A DNA stretch of 60,923 nucleotides from an uncultured virus (IMG/VR IMGVR_UViG_3300044970_001619). Taxonomy: Duplodnaviria; Heunggongvirae; Uroviricota; Caudoviricetes. The stretch is taken from positions 62,001-122,923 of the IMG/VR virus record IMGVR_UViG_3300044970_001619. One strand, 5' to 3'. How positions within the stretch are numbered: position 1 is the first letter of the stretch; each line of letters begins with the position of its first letter. The notes under the pieces are model-generated. The model was not told where the DNA came from. It saw nothing but the letters and a program-made list of their open reading frames with translations, and did no database searches. Positions 1 through 11,369 of this stretch are shown here, piece after piece. A program made the position numbers and the translations under genes.

Positions 1-1312
1 CATAGACATCAAGTTTTGAAGTTGGATTTGTAGTTCCTACACCAACAAAACCACTATTTATTATTATAAATTTCGTATCTAAATTTCCAGAAGTAGCAAC
101 TTCTTCAAAAGAACCTGAAGTTGGAATTGTATAAGTATCAAATCTAATTTCTGCTGCTGCTAATCGAATTCTATCTGGTCCTTCAACTGATAAATCGTGG
201 TCGTTCCCTTTAAATATAAGAAGTTCGGATTCTTCTGTTGCAGGAGTGTAAATTCTTTCTCCAATAAAGGTGTGAGTAAATCCTCCATTAGGAGAATCTC
301 CAGTTGTACCTTTAAACGCAATATAATTTGAATCAGAAGAACCTAATCTGATATTTCCATCAACTTGAAGTTTTTCTAATGGATTTTCAACACCAACACC
401 AACAGAACCAATACCAGTAACTACAAAAGGGCTGGAATCTGGATTAGCATCCCTAACAACTAATGCATTCCCAGTTCCAGTTTGAGTGATTTTGAGAGCA
501 TCACTGGAACTGTTAACTGTTATATCAGTGATTCCAAAATTACTATTCCCAGAAACAGTAAGACTTTGGGCAGTTAATTGTGTTGCAGATGTGATACCAA
601 GAGTACTAATTCCACTATAATACAGGTCAATACCAGAAAGATAGTCAATAACACCAGTAGTAACATCTAACGATGTAATAGTACCAACACCTGATACATA
701 AAGATTACCAGTTGTTGTTAAACCAGAAAATCTTGCGTTTCTCCATCTATTACTTTCTAAACCAATATCATACGTATTGTCATATTTTGGAACTAAATTT
801 GATACAAATTCACCACCAACATTAATATCATCAGAAGTAGAGTCACCAATTCCAATTGTCCCACCCCTAAAAATTGCTGTTCCTATAAAGTTAGAACTTC
901 CAGCAACTTCTAAATTTCCACCGATATATAAGTTTCCGCCAGTTGTAGTAATGCCACCACCAAATGCTAAGGTTGTTACTCCAATACTTTTTAAATTACC
1001 ATTTATAACTAAGTCATTTAAAATGTCTGCAGATGCATTAATATCTACATTATTATTAAAAGTTGAAATTCCAGAAACATATAAACTACTTAGTGATGTC
1101 GCAGAACCAATTAATTCACCATCAACATAAAAACCCTTAGCAGTAAGAATTCCAGTAAATTCACCATCTCCAATTACATATAAACTTCTACCCTCAGAAG
1201 TTGTAGTTCCTATTCCTACATTTCCAATAACTTCAAGTACTGTTTTCCCTTCTGTATAAGAACTTATACCAATCTTAAAGTTTTTTTGACGATTGCTGAG
1301 GTACTTTGCCAT
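1..1312 (-). CDS. Tail fibre-like virion protein, 3' end outside the window
   Basis: Read manually: ATG at 1312, MAKYLSNRQKNFKIGISSYTEG..., with GNVGIGTT/VSGISTF fibre motifs; runs off the window edge. Confidence 0.75.
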   Translation of the reverse strand, partial: MAKYLSNRQKNFKIGISSYTEGKTVLEVIGNVGIGTTTSEGRSLYVIGDGEFTGILTAKGFYVDGELIGSATSLSSLYVSGISTFNNNVDINASADILNDLVINGNLKSIGVTTLAFGGGITTTGGNLYIGGNLEVAGSSNFIGTAIFRGGTIGIGDSTSDDINVGGEFVSNLVPKYDNTYDIGLESNRWRNARFSGLTTTGNLYVSGVGTITSLDVTTGVIDYLSGIDLYYSGISTLGITSATQLTAQSLTVSGNSNFGITDITVNSSSDALKITQTGTGNALVVRDANPDSSPFVVTGIGSVGVGVENPLEKLQVDGNIRLGSSDSNYIAFKGTTGDSPNGGFTHTFIGERIYTPATEESELLIFKGNDHDLSVEGPDRIRLAAAEIRFDTYTIPTSGSFEEVATSGNLDTKFIIINSGFVGVGTTNPTSKLDVY

Positions 1313-1320
1313 TTTTGGTA

Positions 1321-1650
1321 TTAGTTAAGTGTTTCTAAAATACTTGCGACAAGTTTCAGATTAGTTGCATTACTACCAGATATAACTAATTTATCTCCAC
1401 TTTCAAGAACTAATTTTCCAGAAAGAAGATTTATTGTATCATTTCCAGCAACTGGATATTGCTTTAACATTTCTGTGTCAGTAGAACTTCTGCGATGAAA
1501 AACTGTAATATCTTGAGAAGTTGTTCCGATATTTGTGACTTGTGCTAAAAGTACAACTCCAGTATAACCAACTGGAGCAGTATAAACTTCTGTTGGACTT
1601 GCAGATACAACTGCAGTAACTGTCTGAAATACATTTAACGGTAGTGCCAT
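1321..1650 (-). CDS. Small virion structural protein (cassette paralog 1)
   Basis: 109 aa; LNxFxTV...LLAQVTN...GKLVLE...SILET, shared with 19483..19836 and 26222..26902. Confidence 0.75.
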   Translation of the reverse strand: MALPLNVFQTVTAVVSASPTEVYTAPVGYTGVVLLAQVTNIGTTSQDITVFHRRSSTDTEMLKQYPVAGNDTINLLSGKLVLESGDKLVISGSNATNLKLVASILETLN

Positions 1651-1652
1651 TC

Positions 1653-3467
1653 TTATTCTCCTCCAAGTGCTAAAATGAATGGTGTCATTGATGAAAACAA
1701 ACTCTTAGAATAAATTGTTCCACTAATTGTTCCTGTTTGTTGGTTAATGGTAACACCATCTCCTATTCTAAAATTTCCAGATTGGTCTGTACTTGTATAA
1801 ACAACTAATCCACCATTTCTCATATCAATTTCATTTTCTTGAATTGCAACACCACCAGTTACAGGTAAAGCAGATGCGATGTTTGTTCCTGACCCAATAT
1901 ATTCAAATGAATGACCAGATGCTAAAATACGACTTTGCTTAAAGAAAAAAGTTGTAGTTCCAACTCCAACGGAAAATGGAACACTATCATTTAAAATAAT
2001 TGTACAAATTCCAGATACAATTGGAGTAGAACTTTGAATTGAATAATAAGATGGAATCAAATTAGCAACCCCTATTGCAGTATTTATTCCAACATTAGGA
2101 GAACCAAAAGTAACTGTTGGTGGAGTTGAACCATATCCTCTTCCACTTGAAACCATTTGAACAGAAACTACTGATCCATTTTCAACTTCAGCAATTCCAG
2201 AAGCAGATATTCCCCAAGAAGTTTCTGGTGAAGAAAATGTAATTGATGTATTTCCACTGTAACCAGTTCCACCAGCACTTACGTTCACACTTCCAATTGT
2301 ATAATACGGTTGCCCAAAATAAACAACTTGACCATCAAATGGACGAACTACATTTATTTTTACAGCACCTCCAGATGAATAAGTGTGCTGAATGGTGGAA
2401 ACTCCAACATAAACTTCAAATGATGTTGATGATGGTAAATTTGCAACCTCAAAAACATATCCATTATTTCCCGAAGGAAATATAGAAGTTCCCTCTCCAT
2501 AGGAACAAGTAAAAGTAAGATTATTAATTGAGACTCCCATTCCAACACTGAAATTATGATTTTGACTGACAGTAATAGTCGTTAAACCAGTTGCATTATC
2601 ATAAACTGCGTTTGTGACATTTAACGTTGGTATATTTAAATCTAAAACAAAAGTATCAGAATTTTCAGATGCTGCTACTGTAACTATTCCTGTATATTTT
2701 TTAGCACTTACTCCATCTGCAACTAGAGCATAATTTCCAAAGGATGAGTTGGAATTAGTTAAATCACAACCACCACCAGAACCACAATAAACAGCAATAT
2801 CATTACAAATAGTAAACATAGATACTAACTGTGCGTATCCTTCATTTGTAATGGATGCTCCAATTCCATTCTGATTGTATTGCGTATAAGAATCCAAAAC
2901 CATACTTTTAGTTGGTCCTATTGCTTTAGAACCATCAACTTTTAATCCAATACTATTTGGAATAAAATTAGTACAATTTTGAATATAAGGTGATTGATTT
3001 ATATAAACAGGTTTGGTTGGATTGAAAGCAAAAACTGCCTTTCCTGAATTTAAACTTCCAGAAAAAGACATATTGGAAACATAATTTCCATTATTAACAT
3101 AAAAGAAATCAGTATTTGAATTCTGTGGGACAACTGTAACTTCTCTTAGGTTGTCTCCAACAATACTAATTTGTTTTGGTAAAGAAATTGGATTATTTTC
3201 TATGTAAGTTCCAGCACTAACTTTAATAACAGTTCCCTCTGTTGCAATTCCAACTGCTGCTGCGATAGTTGCTTTTGCTTCTCCGAGTTTTTTTCCTGTG
3301 TTTGAATCGTTTCCGTCTTCTGTGACATATAAAATATTTGAAACTACATAATCAGAGTTTACTTGTACTGCGTCAGCAAGATTTGCTGAAATTACTTTTA
3401 TAGCATTATTAGTTCCAACTCTTACCTTAGTATTATTTGTTCCTACTCTTACTTTAATATTATCCAT
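1653..3467 (-). CDS. Beta-helix (pectin-lyase-like) virion appendage protein
   Basis: 604 aa; YVTEDGNDSNTG, GTYIENNPI, SPYIQNCTNF, DSYTQYNQ, SGHSFEYIG, TSTDQSGNFRIG, TPFILALG. Confidence 0.75.
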   Translation of the reverse strand: MDNIKVRVGTNNTKVRVGTNNAIKVISANLADAVQVNSDYVVSNILYVTEDGNDSNTGKKLGEAKATIAAAVGIATEGTVIKVSAGTYIENNPISLPKQISIVGDNLREVTVVPQNSNTDFFYVNNGNYVSNMSFSGSLNSGKAVFAFNPTKPVYINQSPYIQNCTNFIPNSIGLKVDGSKAIGPTKSMVLDSYTQYNQNGIGASITNEGYAQLVSMFTICNDIAVYCGSGGGCDLTNSNSSFGNYALVADGVSAKKYTGIVTVAASENSDTFVLDLNIPTLNVTNAVYDNATGLTTITVSQNHNFSVGMGVSINNLTFTCSYGEGTSIFPSGNNGYVFEVANLPSSTSFEVYVGVSTIQHTYSSGGAVKINVVRPFDGQVVYFGQPYYTIGSVNVSAGGTGYSGNTSITFSSPETSWGISASGIAEVENGSVVSVQMVSSGRGYGSTPPTVTFGSPNVGINTAIGVANLIPSYYSIQSSTPIVSGICTIILNDSVPFSVGVGTTTFFFKQSRILASGHSFEYIGSGTNIASALPVTGGVAIQENEIDMRNGGLVVYTSTDQSGNFRIGDGVTINQQTGTISGTIYSKSLFSSMTPFILALGGE

Positions 3468-3560
3468 CTGGTATTGAGAGAAAATAACCTCAGAATTTAT
3501 AGATATTTTCCCTGTTCTATAATTACTAAGGTAATGGTAGGAACTTCAATTTCTAATTAC

Positions 3561-3587
3561 AAAAGGGACAATATCTTTGTCCCTTTT
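3561..3587. terminator. Intrinsic terminator, potentially bidirectional
   Basis: AAAAGGGACA-N7-TGTCCCTTTT perfect inverted repeat. Confidence 0.8.
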
Positions 3588-3589
3588 AT

Positions 3590-3760
3590 TTATTCTTCTT
3601 CTTGCTTTCCTTCTTCTAACTCATCCAATGCTTCTAATGCTCCCTGAACTTTAAGAAATTCTTCTTTTTTGACATTAAATTGTTGCTCAAGTGCAACAAG
3701 TTCATCACGAATTTGAACTGCCTTTTGTGTTAAAGAACTAATCATTTCTTGTTTAGTCAT
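3590..3760 (-). CDS. Small coiled-coil hypothetical protein (56 aa)
   Basis: Read manually: MTKQEMISSLTQKAVQIRDELVALEQQFNVKKEEFLKVQGALEALDELEEGKQEEE; ATAAATA late promoter at 3785-3791. Confidence 0.75.
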   Translation of the reverse strand: MTKQEMISSLTQKAVQIRDELVALEQQFNVKKEEFLKVQGALEALDELEEGKQEEE

Positions 3761-3795
3761 AATTTTATAGAATAACTATGAGGGTATTTATGTTA

Positions 3796-6700
3796 TTATG
3801 CAGTTCTCATAATGAATGCAAGTGCATAATACGGAGGTAAGTTTGCATTTGTTGCTACTGAACCTTCTACACTGACAGAAACATTATGCCCGTGTGTTGC
3901 ATCAATAGCAATACCACCATCAACAAATTGACTATCTGTTTGTGATGGCGTCGCATTTTGAAATGCAGAACGGTCTGAGCGAGATAAAATACCTTCATTA
4001 AATACTGTACTAGCACCATAAGATTCTGCAATTGGCCAAATGTCACCCGTTAATACTTTACTGGTGTCTGATGTTGATGCTGTATGACTATGAGAAACCA
4101 AAGTGGCATCTGCACTACCACCAATATCTCCAGGATCATATGGAGAACTTCCACTTTGGGATGTAGTTCCAGTCTTAGTAAGACTATCTGCAGCAACAAT
4201 AAATTTATTTCTCAAATCTGGAGTTCCATTACTCCCATTACATAATGCCCATCCTGTTGGAACCGTAGTTCCAGACCACATAATAATTCCACCAACTGGA
4301 ATAGTTCCATTTCCAACAAATGAACCAGCAGTAACAGAACCAGTCCCAACACTTAATGAAGTTCCAGTAATAGAACCATTAAGATTCAGAGAGTTTTTCC
4401 ACTCAACACCACCAGCTTCATTACTATCAGCAGTTAATATTGTTCCATTGGCACCGACAGCAAGTGTTGTTGCTGCATTATCTCCTGTTGCAACAAGAAT
4501 TTCACCTTTATTGTTCCAATCCTGATTAGATTTGAGACTTCCCTGCCCACCAAGAGCAAGAATAAAACAAGGAATTCCAGAAGGGGGAGCTTCACTGAAG
4601 TCAATTATATTTGTATAAGCACCACTAACCTGTCGGATTATATAGTCAGTAGATGGTTTTTGTATTACACCACCAAGAGAAACAATTAAATTATCAGGAC
4701 CAAGTGGTACAAATGCTGCATTTGAAGTTCTAAACAATTGGAATGATGTTCCAGTTCCATTAAATAAACCACTAATATCCTTCAATACTTCGGAATTTCC
4801 TGTTGGTAAATTTGATGTTGCAATTGGAGGTTGAGGGACAAACCCAAGAGCATTTACCACATCTTGTGACTCCAGTTTTGAATTTGACCCATCTGCTCTT
4901 AGTATATTTGGAATGCCAGATGTCGATGGACTTCCATTCACAGCAAATCCAGAAGAAGTTACATTACCACTAACTCCAAGAGTACCATTAAAAGATGAAT
5001 TTCCTTGAGAATTAACAGTTAAAATTCCATCAGAAACAATTGTTCCTTTTGTAGTAACATTTCCAGTATTTCCTGCAACAGTAAATTTGTCAGTATTAAT
5101 GTTAAAATCAGAAACAGTTACTGTTTGTCCACTAGTATTAACAAGATTGAAAAGATTTAAATTTCCTCTAATGGTTGAAACTCCAACACTTCCGACTTCA
5201 AATCTTGATGGTGTGTTCAAACCATTTAGAGTCAATGCACCAAGAACACTTAAATCACCATCTTGATTGAGTTTAAGTTTAGTTTCAATTTGATTTCTTG
5301 CTGTATTCTCACCAACTGAATCAAAACTTTCTTGTCCTGGTGAAACAGAACTATTTGTACTTGCTAATTTCCAAGAATAAGAATCACTTACATCAATACC
5401 AGCATACCATCTACGATTACCTGAATCATTTGAGAACCAAGAAAGAACAACGTCTCCAGGTCCATCATTTTTAAGTTTGAAATGACTTCCAGTCAAGTCA
5501 GATCCAGCACTAAGACTTGTATAAGTTGCTGTTATTCCACTACCAACTCTAAATCTTTCAATTCCTTGATTTTGGAAAACTATATCGGTGCTGTGATTGT
5601 GATTTAAGACAAATCCAGAGGTGCTACTTGAACTAAATTGTGTTCTTCCACCAGGCACAAGATCTTCACTGTCTCCAATAGAAGATATTCCAATTGTTCC
5701 GTGAACTTGTAATTTTGATGATAGAGTTGTAGTTCCAATTCCAAGATTTCCATCACCAGTTATAACAACATTTCTTGAATCACCATCAGAAAATGCAATT
5801 TCATTACCATTAGGAACGTTAATTACTAAACCGGATTGATATTTTTCAGTTGTCTCTACTGCTTGTATTGTTCCTTTTTTGACTTGATTTGAGGAATATA
5901 AATTCAAACTAGTTTGAATTCCAACATCACCAATTATAGACAATTTATCTGTTGGATTTGTGGTTCCTATACCTACAGACCCACTTATATAAGCACCACT
6001 ATTGATCTGTAACAATTGATTGGAAGTTCCCGTAAAAATTGTTGTTCCGATTCCTACAAGACCACTAAATGTAGAAACCCCAGCAACTTCTAAATCATAA
6101 AATCTACTTCTAAGTCTTGGTACAGTTTGACTATCAACAAGGTCTCCTGGATTATAAACATAAATGGCATAACTTGTGCCACCAGCACCTGCTCCACTAA
6201 AAAATGCAGTTTTTCTGATATTAATATTATTAAAATTGACATTATTTAAGGTAATTCCAGATTCAATTTCAACTTGACCAGAAAATACTACGTCCTTAAA
6301 TTTTGATTTTCCACCAACGTAAAATGCAACATCATTAACTCCAGGATCTGAAGTATTTGCAAAATCATTGGAATTACCAATTCCAATTTTATCAACTTTA
6401 AAATCTAAAATATCTTTAGATTGACTGATTGGACCAAATTTCTTCCACTCTCCATCGACATAAACTTGTCCAATGTAACCTTCGTTTGGAAGGGATTTTA
6501 GGGAAATATTACCACGATTTACTAAATTTGCATCAGTTGGGGTTGATATTCCTACTGTAACTAATTTATAAGTTGTTGTGTCACCTTTTACATAAAGATT
6601 TTTAACATTAACACCTTCATCAGAAGTGCTTACTACTTTTTTATTGAAACTTACTGGTCCATAGAATTGACTTGTCTCTTTTGCTCCATCACCACCCTCA

Positions 6701-9700
6701 ACAGTAATTCTTCCCCTTGCTAGAATATTATCAAATGTTACATCTAACTTATTGGTATTAGTTCCTTCTGCATCATCTCCAGTATAACTGAGGATTGGTG
6801 CCTCAACAATTTTTTCTTCACCAGTGGATGAACTTAGTTTCTTTGCACCAGAATAAAATTCACCAACATCATTCATTCCAGTATAAACAACTACACCACC
6901 TTTTTGCTTTCTTGCTTGAGATACAAGAACGTCATCTTCTGTTAAAATTCTAGTCTGCTTTTGTGGCATACCAGTTGAATAGTTGCCTGGACCATAACCA
7001 AGATATTCAAAGGTATGACCAGATGCTCTCATAAATGAAGGTCTGCGAACCTCCATTGGCATTACATTTATCTTTTTGACTTGTGTTCCTGCTTCAGCAG
7101 TGGTTTTGAAAGTGCTAAATCTACCACGAAGAGCATTAAATGTATTTGAAGTTGTTGAGTTAGCAAGACGAATAATTTCATTATTAATGACTACATAATC
7201 ACCACGATCAAAACCTTTGGAACTTGTCAGAGTAATTGATGTGCTATCTACAAGAATTGTTGACGAAAGTGTTGTTGTAATACCAGCATAAAAATAAGAT
7301 GCTCTAGAACCAAGAGTATCTTCACCTCTTGAGAGTACAAGTTCGTTTGAACTTATAGAGTGCTTAAGTAATGTTCCAGTCGTTGAGGATTTAGTTTGTG
7401 TTACAACTCCAACATTAAAAGTGAAGGTATTCAATCCAACATTTTCTTTTACAACAAATGTTTTATCGTATATGGTATGACCACTACCAACAATTGTAAA
7501 TTTATTTCCTCTAAGTAATCCGTGAGAATTATTCGTTGTGACTGTAACTATTCCTGTAACAGTGCTGTCAAATCTAAACGAATTGATTCCAATTCCTTCG
7601 GCCGATAAAACTGCTACAGGGATTCTTCCATTTGTATTTGATTGATATGATGGAACACCACTTGGAACATAAATTTCAATAGATTTTGATGATGGAACGT
7701 TTGTAATTCTATAAACTCCATCTAAATTTGTCGTATTAAAACCACGTATTTCAAGGGCATCTCCAATATTATTGTTGATTTCTAATACTTCTGCTTTTGC
7801 ATAAATTGTTGGAGTGATTCCAGATGGACCAGAAATATCAAGTACATCTCCAACAGAATAAACTGAACCAACATCAACTATTTTAATTGAACTTGTATTA
7901 ATTGTACCAGTAGAACCAATAACAGGAACGTAAAGAGAAGCACCCTGACCAGTACCTCCAATTAAATTAGACGAATAAATTGTGGTATTTCCATATCCTG
8001 CTCCTGATGTTCCTGCACCAGTAGGATTTTTTACTGATATTGATTTGATTGAATTGAAGTTATGTTCAACATTTGTATGAATAGTAACCGTAGTATTTCC
8101 AGTTCCACTTACAACTACTCCAGTGATTCCAAATCCAACATTTGAATTCTTTAAAAACGTGTTTATGGTTTCTCTTGTGACTGATTTTCTTTTATCATCA
8201 GTTACAACCTTTCCAATTACAGATGCATCAGCATAAGTAACTGATTCAGATGGATCGGAATTGAAATTATCACGATCAATTTGTGGATATAAATTTCTAA
8301 CATCTTGATTAAACGACTTAGAAGAAAGATTATATCCAATATCAGAAGATGGAGAAACATTAGATGATAAAACAATCAAATGATAAATTCCATCTTGACC
8401 ATTTAGTCCTGGAATATGAGATTTAATTGTATCTACTCTATAGATATAAAAATCATTTTCATATTCTTCTCTGGATACCAAAGGAATTTGACTTCTTTCT
8501 TGATTGGTATCACGTTCATCAACTTGATTAGTAAATGTTCCTGGATTGATTTTCACTCCAGAAATTTCATATGTAAATGTTTTGGAACTTGGAACTGAAG
8601 CAATAACGTAAGAACCATTATAAGTTGAAGTGATTCCAACTGCAGTAGGATTATTTTCACTTTTGATTCTTTGGACTTTAACTTTGTCTCCAGTAAAAAA
8701 CTTATGAGGTTTTTCGGTAGTGATAGTTACTGTTTGTTTTCCACCAGAAACAGCACCAACAGTAGCATTTTTAATTATTTTTTCGTTTCTTAAATATGCT
8801 GGTGGTGTTTGCTCAGTAATGGATTGGGTATAATCAAAGGAAATCGGACTAATATTAACAGTCTTGGATTCTTGCAATACAAATCCAGCTTGTGGTGGTC
8901 TGGCATTAGTATATTCTTTGGGAACTACGTATCTTAGTCTATAAATTCTATCTTGTATTGAACGATTGTCCAATTTACGTTTTACGAAAGTTGAAGATGT
9001 TTCATTTCCCAAAGAAGTTGTTCCAAAACCAACAATTGCTGGAAATATCTGATTATCTGATGAATTGCTACTTAAAATATACCATTGTCCATTTACATCA
9101 TCATATTGGATTGGACTTCCAATATCTCCAGGTTTTTTGTCAGTTACAGAACTTACAATGGTAAGAACACCACCTCTATCATTAATTCCCTCAATCTCAT
9201 TTTCTGCAATTGCATCATTCAATGAATATGCAAGTTTAACCTGATTTACTGCTAAACCTGTTGTGATTGCATAAGCAACAACTCCTGCAGTTAATCCATT
9301 TGGAACTTCACCAGTATCTGAGAAAATTCTAACACTTTCACCATTAATTAATTGGTGATTTGCATTCAAAGTTAAAACATTGTTTGAAATTTGATTTAAA
9401 TTTCCAGATCTTGATACGGTGTATGACTTTCTTGCAGTAACTCCTACACCAGAAACAACTGGCATTAATATTGGAGAACTATAAACTGTTTGTGCAGTTC
9501 CAATTACTATATTAAGATTTAAAGTATCGTTTGTTTTTGCACCAATTTTAAATCCATCTACGTCTTTTGATGGTGAAACTTCTTTGTTTTTGTAATTATA
9601 AAGATATAATCTTTCTGTCAATCCTACAGAAATAGTTTTTGGAACATCAAAAGAAATCCAGTTAATATTACTTTCTAGTTCATCTACTTCTTTTGGTGGT

Positions 9701-11328
9701 ATAATATGAGTAATATAACCAACGTCATCTCTATCAAATGATTCGTTTCTATAACCAACAGATTCAAGTGAAATGGCACCAAAGTTTGAATTGGAGTTGG
9801 TGATACTCATATCACCACCAGATTCAGTTATAAAGTGTTTTGCAAATCCAATTGCGAAAATAGAAACACATTGAACAAAACCATTATTTGATACACGAAT
9901 GTGAAAACCTTCATAATCTGGTTTATAAATTGCGTTACTATTAGTGTGTAATGGTCTTTCACTACTTGTTAGTGCTAGAACATCATTACCTTCATATTTT
10001 CCTGTTGTTTTATTATAAACAATAAATGCATTATCATCTTTTTGAAGAGAAACTCCAGTAAATTGGGCAACAACCATACTCTTGAAACCATCTGCCTTGT
10101 TGCCATCTGCCCACATTCCGCACAATCCATATGCAGAACGAATTGAACAGTTGAAAACATAAGGAGACGCAGAACTTACACTATCTGATTCAATTGTTAC
10201 GATTCCAGTTTCATAATCTGCAACATCGGGGTTCGGATTTGATGGGGAAGACGTTGAAGTATAAGTAAAAGTAGAGACTCCAACGACTTCTCTAACTGTA
10301 AATGAACCGTTAAATGCAGAAGCATCTGTGGTAATTCCAGAAATTAAAACAGGACTATCCACAAAAAGACCGTGAGGAAGTTCCTCTCCAGTTTGAAGAT
10401 TTTTAGTTGTAACTTTAATTACATTAGTTGCTTGTGTAACTCCATCTCCACCACTGATACTTGAAATGCCAAGTGGATTTGCCTGCAATTCACCAACAAT
10501 TCTAAATTCATCTTTAGATGGTTCAAAATCATCAAGAGTTGGATAATCAAGAACTCCTCGTCCTGTAATATCACCATATGCTTTTGCGACCTTGTAATAA
10601 TACATATCAAGGTCAGTTAAATCAGTCTGCTCCGTACCAAGAGCAACTTTATTCACACCATCTGCATAAGCGAACGAAACTACTTTATGGTGTGAAAAAT
10701 TAGGAACAAAACGATTGTCTGTATAATCACTAAATACCGTCTTTGTTTGGTCTGCATCTAAGAATGTGAAGGTACTGAAGTAGCAAGTACCAGTTACATT
10801 AAAAATGCTTGTGTTATCAACAGAAGAATCCTCAGGATTTGGTACATAAAGAGGACGAATCTTTGTTTTTCTTAAATCATATCCAATAATTGAAGTTCCA
10901 CGAGGTAGAATTGCACCACCAAGAACTGAGTTAAATTTATATAAATCGTTATTTGTATCTAAAATATTATAATTTGAATTTTCATTTAGTTCTGGTAAAT
11001 TAACTTCAGTCCAAGTTGATGTACCTGTTCTTTTTTTATAAATCGCATTGGAACCTTGCTTTGCGATTGAAAAACCAGGTCTATTATCAATGTAATGAGT
11101 TCCCGGATAGACTAATATAGTCGTTCTGTCAATTCTATCGTTGTTTTTGCCACTTTGATATGAAAATCTTGCAGCTTCTATTAATGCTCTTTGAATTGTC
11201 TTAAATGGACGAGTTAAAGAATTGCCTTGATTTTCGTAACTATCTGTAGCATCAAAATCTGATGGATTTACATAAAGAATATTTCCTTCAGCATTCTTTA
11301 AAAAATTCTCTAATCTTGACAGAGGCAT
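3796..11328 (-). CDS. Very large virion/tail-fibre protein with beta-helix N-region and C-terminal tail-collar domain
   Basis: 2510 aa; MPLSRLENFLKN start typical of cyanomyophage structural proteins; VGIGTTNP repeats; tail-collar motif IPVGGIIMWSG...GWALCNG...TPDLRNKF. Confidence 0.8.
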   Translation of the reverse strand: MPLSRLENFLKNAEGNILYVNPSDFDATDSYENQGNSLTRPFKTIQRALIEAARFSYQSGKNNDRIDRTTILVYPGTHYIDNRPGFSIAKQGSNAIYKKRTGTSTWTEVNLPELNENSNYNILDTNNDLYKFNSVLGGAILPRGTSIIGYDLRKTKIRPLYVPNPEDSSVDNTSIFNVTGTCYFSTFTFLDADQTKTVFSDYTDNRFVPNFSHHKVVSFAYADGVNKVALGTEQTDLTDLDMYYYKVAKAYGDITGRGVLDYPTLDDFEPSKDEFRIVGELQANPLGISSISGGDGVTQATNVIKVTTKNLQTGEELPHGLFVDSPVLISGITTDASAFNGSFTVREVVGVSTFTYTSTSSPSNPNPDVADYETGIVTIESDSVSSASPYVFNCSIRSAYGLCGMWADGNKADGFKSMVVAQFTGVSLQKDDNAFIVYNKTTGKYEGNDVLALTSSERPLHTNSNAIYKPDYEGFHIRVSNNGFVQCVSIFAIGFAKHFITESGGDMSITNSNSNFGAISLESVGYRNESFDRDDVGYITHIIPPKEVDELESNINWISFDVPKTISVGLTERLYLYNYKNKEVSPSKDVDGFKIGAKTNDTLNLNIVIGTAQTVYSSPILMPVVSGVGVTARKSYTVSRSGNLNQISNNVLTLNANHQLINGESVRIFSDTGEVPNGLTAGVVAYAITTGLAVNQVKLAYSLNDAIAENEIEGINDRGGVLTIVSSVTDKKPGDIGSPIQYDDVNGQWYILSSNSSDNQIFPAIVGFGTTSLGNETSSTFVKRKLDNRSIQDRIYRLRYVVPKEYTNARPPQAGFVLQESKTVNISPISFDYTQSITEQTPPAYLRNEKIIKNATVGAVSGGKQTVTITTEKPHKFFTGDKVKVQRIKSENNPTAVGITSTYNGSYVIASVPSSKTFTYEISGVKINPGTFTNQVDERDTNQERSQIPLVSREEYENDFYIYRVDTIKSHIPGLNGQDGIYHLIVLSSNVSPSSDIGYNLSSKSFNQDVRNLYPQIDRDNFNSDPSESVTYADASVIGKVVTDDKRKSVTRETINTFLKNSNVGFGITGVVVSGTGNTTVTIHTNVEHNFNSIKSISVKNPTGAGTSGAGYGNTTIYSSNLIGGTGQGASLYVPVIGSTGTINTSSIKIVDVGSVYSVGDVLDISGPSGITPTIYAKAEVLEINNNIGDALEIRGFNTTNLDGVYRITNVPSSKSIEIYVPSGVPSYQSNTNGRIPVAVLSAEGIGINSFRFDSTVTGIVTVTTNNSHGLLRGNKFTIVGSGHTIYDKTFVVKENVGLNTFTFNVGVVTQTKSSTTGTLLKHSISSNELVLSRGEDTLGSRASYFYAGITTTLSSTILVDSTSITLTSSKGFDRGDYVVINNEIIRLANSTTSNTFNALRGRFSTFKTTAEAGTQVKKINVMPMEVRRPSFMRASGHTFEYLGYGPGNYSTGMPQKQTRILTEDDVLVSQARKQKGGVVVYTGMNDVGEFYSGAKKLSSSTGEEKIVEAPILSYTGDDAEGTNTNKLDVTFDNILARGRITVEGGDGAKETSQFYGPVSFNKKVVSTSDEGVNVKNLYVKGDTTTYKLVTVGISTPTDANLVNRGNISLKSLPNEGYIGQVYVDGEWKKFGPISQSKDILDFKVDKIGIGNSNDFANTSDPGVNDVAFYVGGKSKFKDVVFSGQVEIESGITLNNVNFNNINIRKTAFFSGAGAGGTSYAIYVYNPGDLVDSQTVPRLRSRFYDLEVAGVSTFSGLVGIGTTIFTGTSNQLLQINSGAYISGSVGIGTTNPTDKLSIIGDVGIQTSLNLYSSNQVKKGTIQAVETTEKYQSGLVINVPNGNEIAFSDGDSRNVVITGDGNLGIGTTTLSSKLQVHGTIGISSIGDSEDLVPGGRTQFSSSSTSGFVLNHNHSTDIVFQNQGIERFRVGSGITATYTSLSAGSDLTGSHFKLKNDGPGDVVLSWFSNDSGNRRWYAGIDVSDSYSWKLASTNSSVSPGQESFDSVGENTARNQIETKLKLNQDGDLSVLGALTLNGLNTPSRFEVGSVGVSTIRGNLNLFNLVNTSGQTVTVSDFNINTDKFTVAGNTGNVTTKGTIVSDGILTVNSQGNSSFNGTLGVSGNVTSSGFAVNGSPSTSGIPNILRADGSNSKLESQDVVNALGFVPQPPIATSNLPTGNSEVLKDISGLFNGTGTSFQLFRTSNAAFVPLGPDNLIVSLGGVIQKPSTDYIIRQVSGAYTNIIDFSEAPPSGIPCFILALGGQGSLKSNQDWNNKGEILVATGDNAATTLAVGANGTILTADSNEAGGVEWKNSLNLNGSITGTSLSVGTGSVTAGSFVGNGTIPVGGIIMWSGTTVPTGWALCNGSNGTPDLRNKFIVAADSLTKTGTTSQSGSSPYDPGDIGGSADATLVSHSHTASTSDTSKVLTGDIWPIAESYGASTVFNEGILSRSDRSAFQNATPSQTDSQFVDGGIAIDATHGHNVSVSVEGSVATNANLPPYYALAFIMRTA

Positions 11329-11357
11329 TTTATTAGCACTATAATCTTTTATAGTTG

Positions 11358-11363
11358 TATTTA
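11358..11363 (-). promoter_or_regulatory. T4-type late promoter (TAAATA)
   Basis: TAAATA about 30 nt upstream of the 2510-aa gene. Confidence 0.65.
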
Positions 11364-11369
11364 GTCAAA

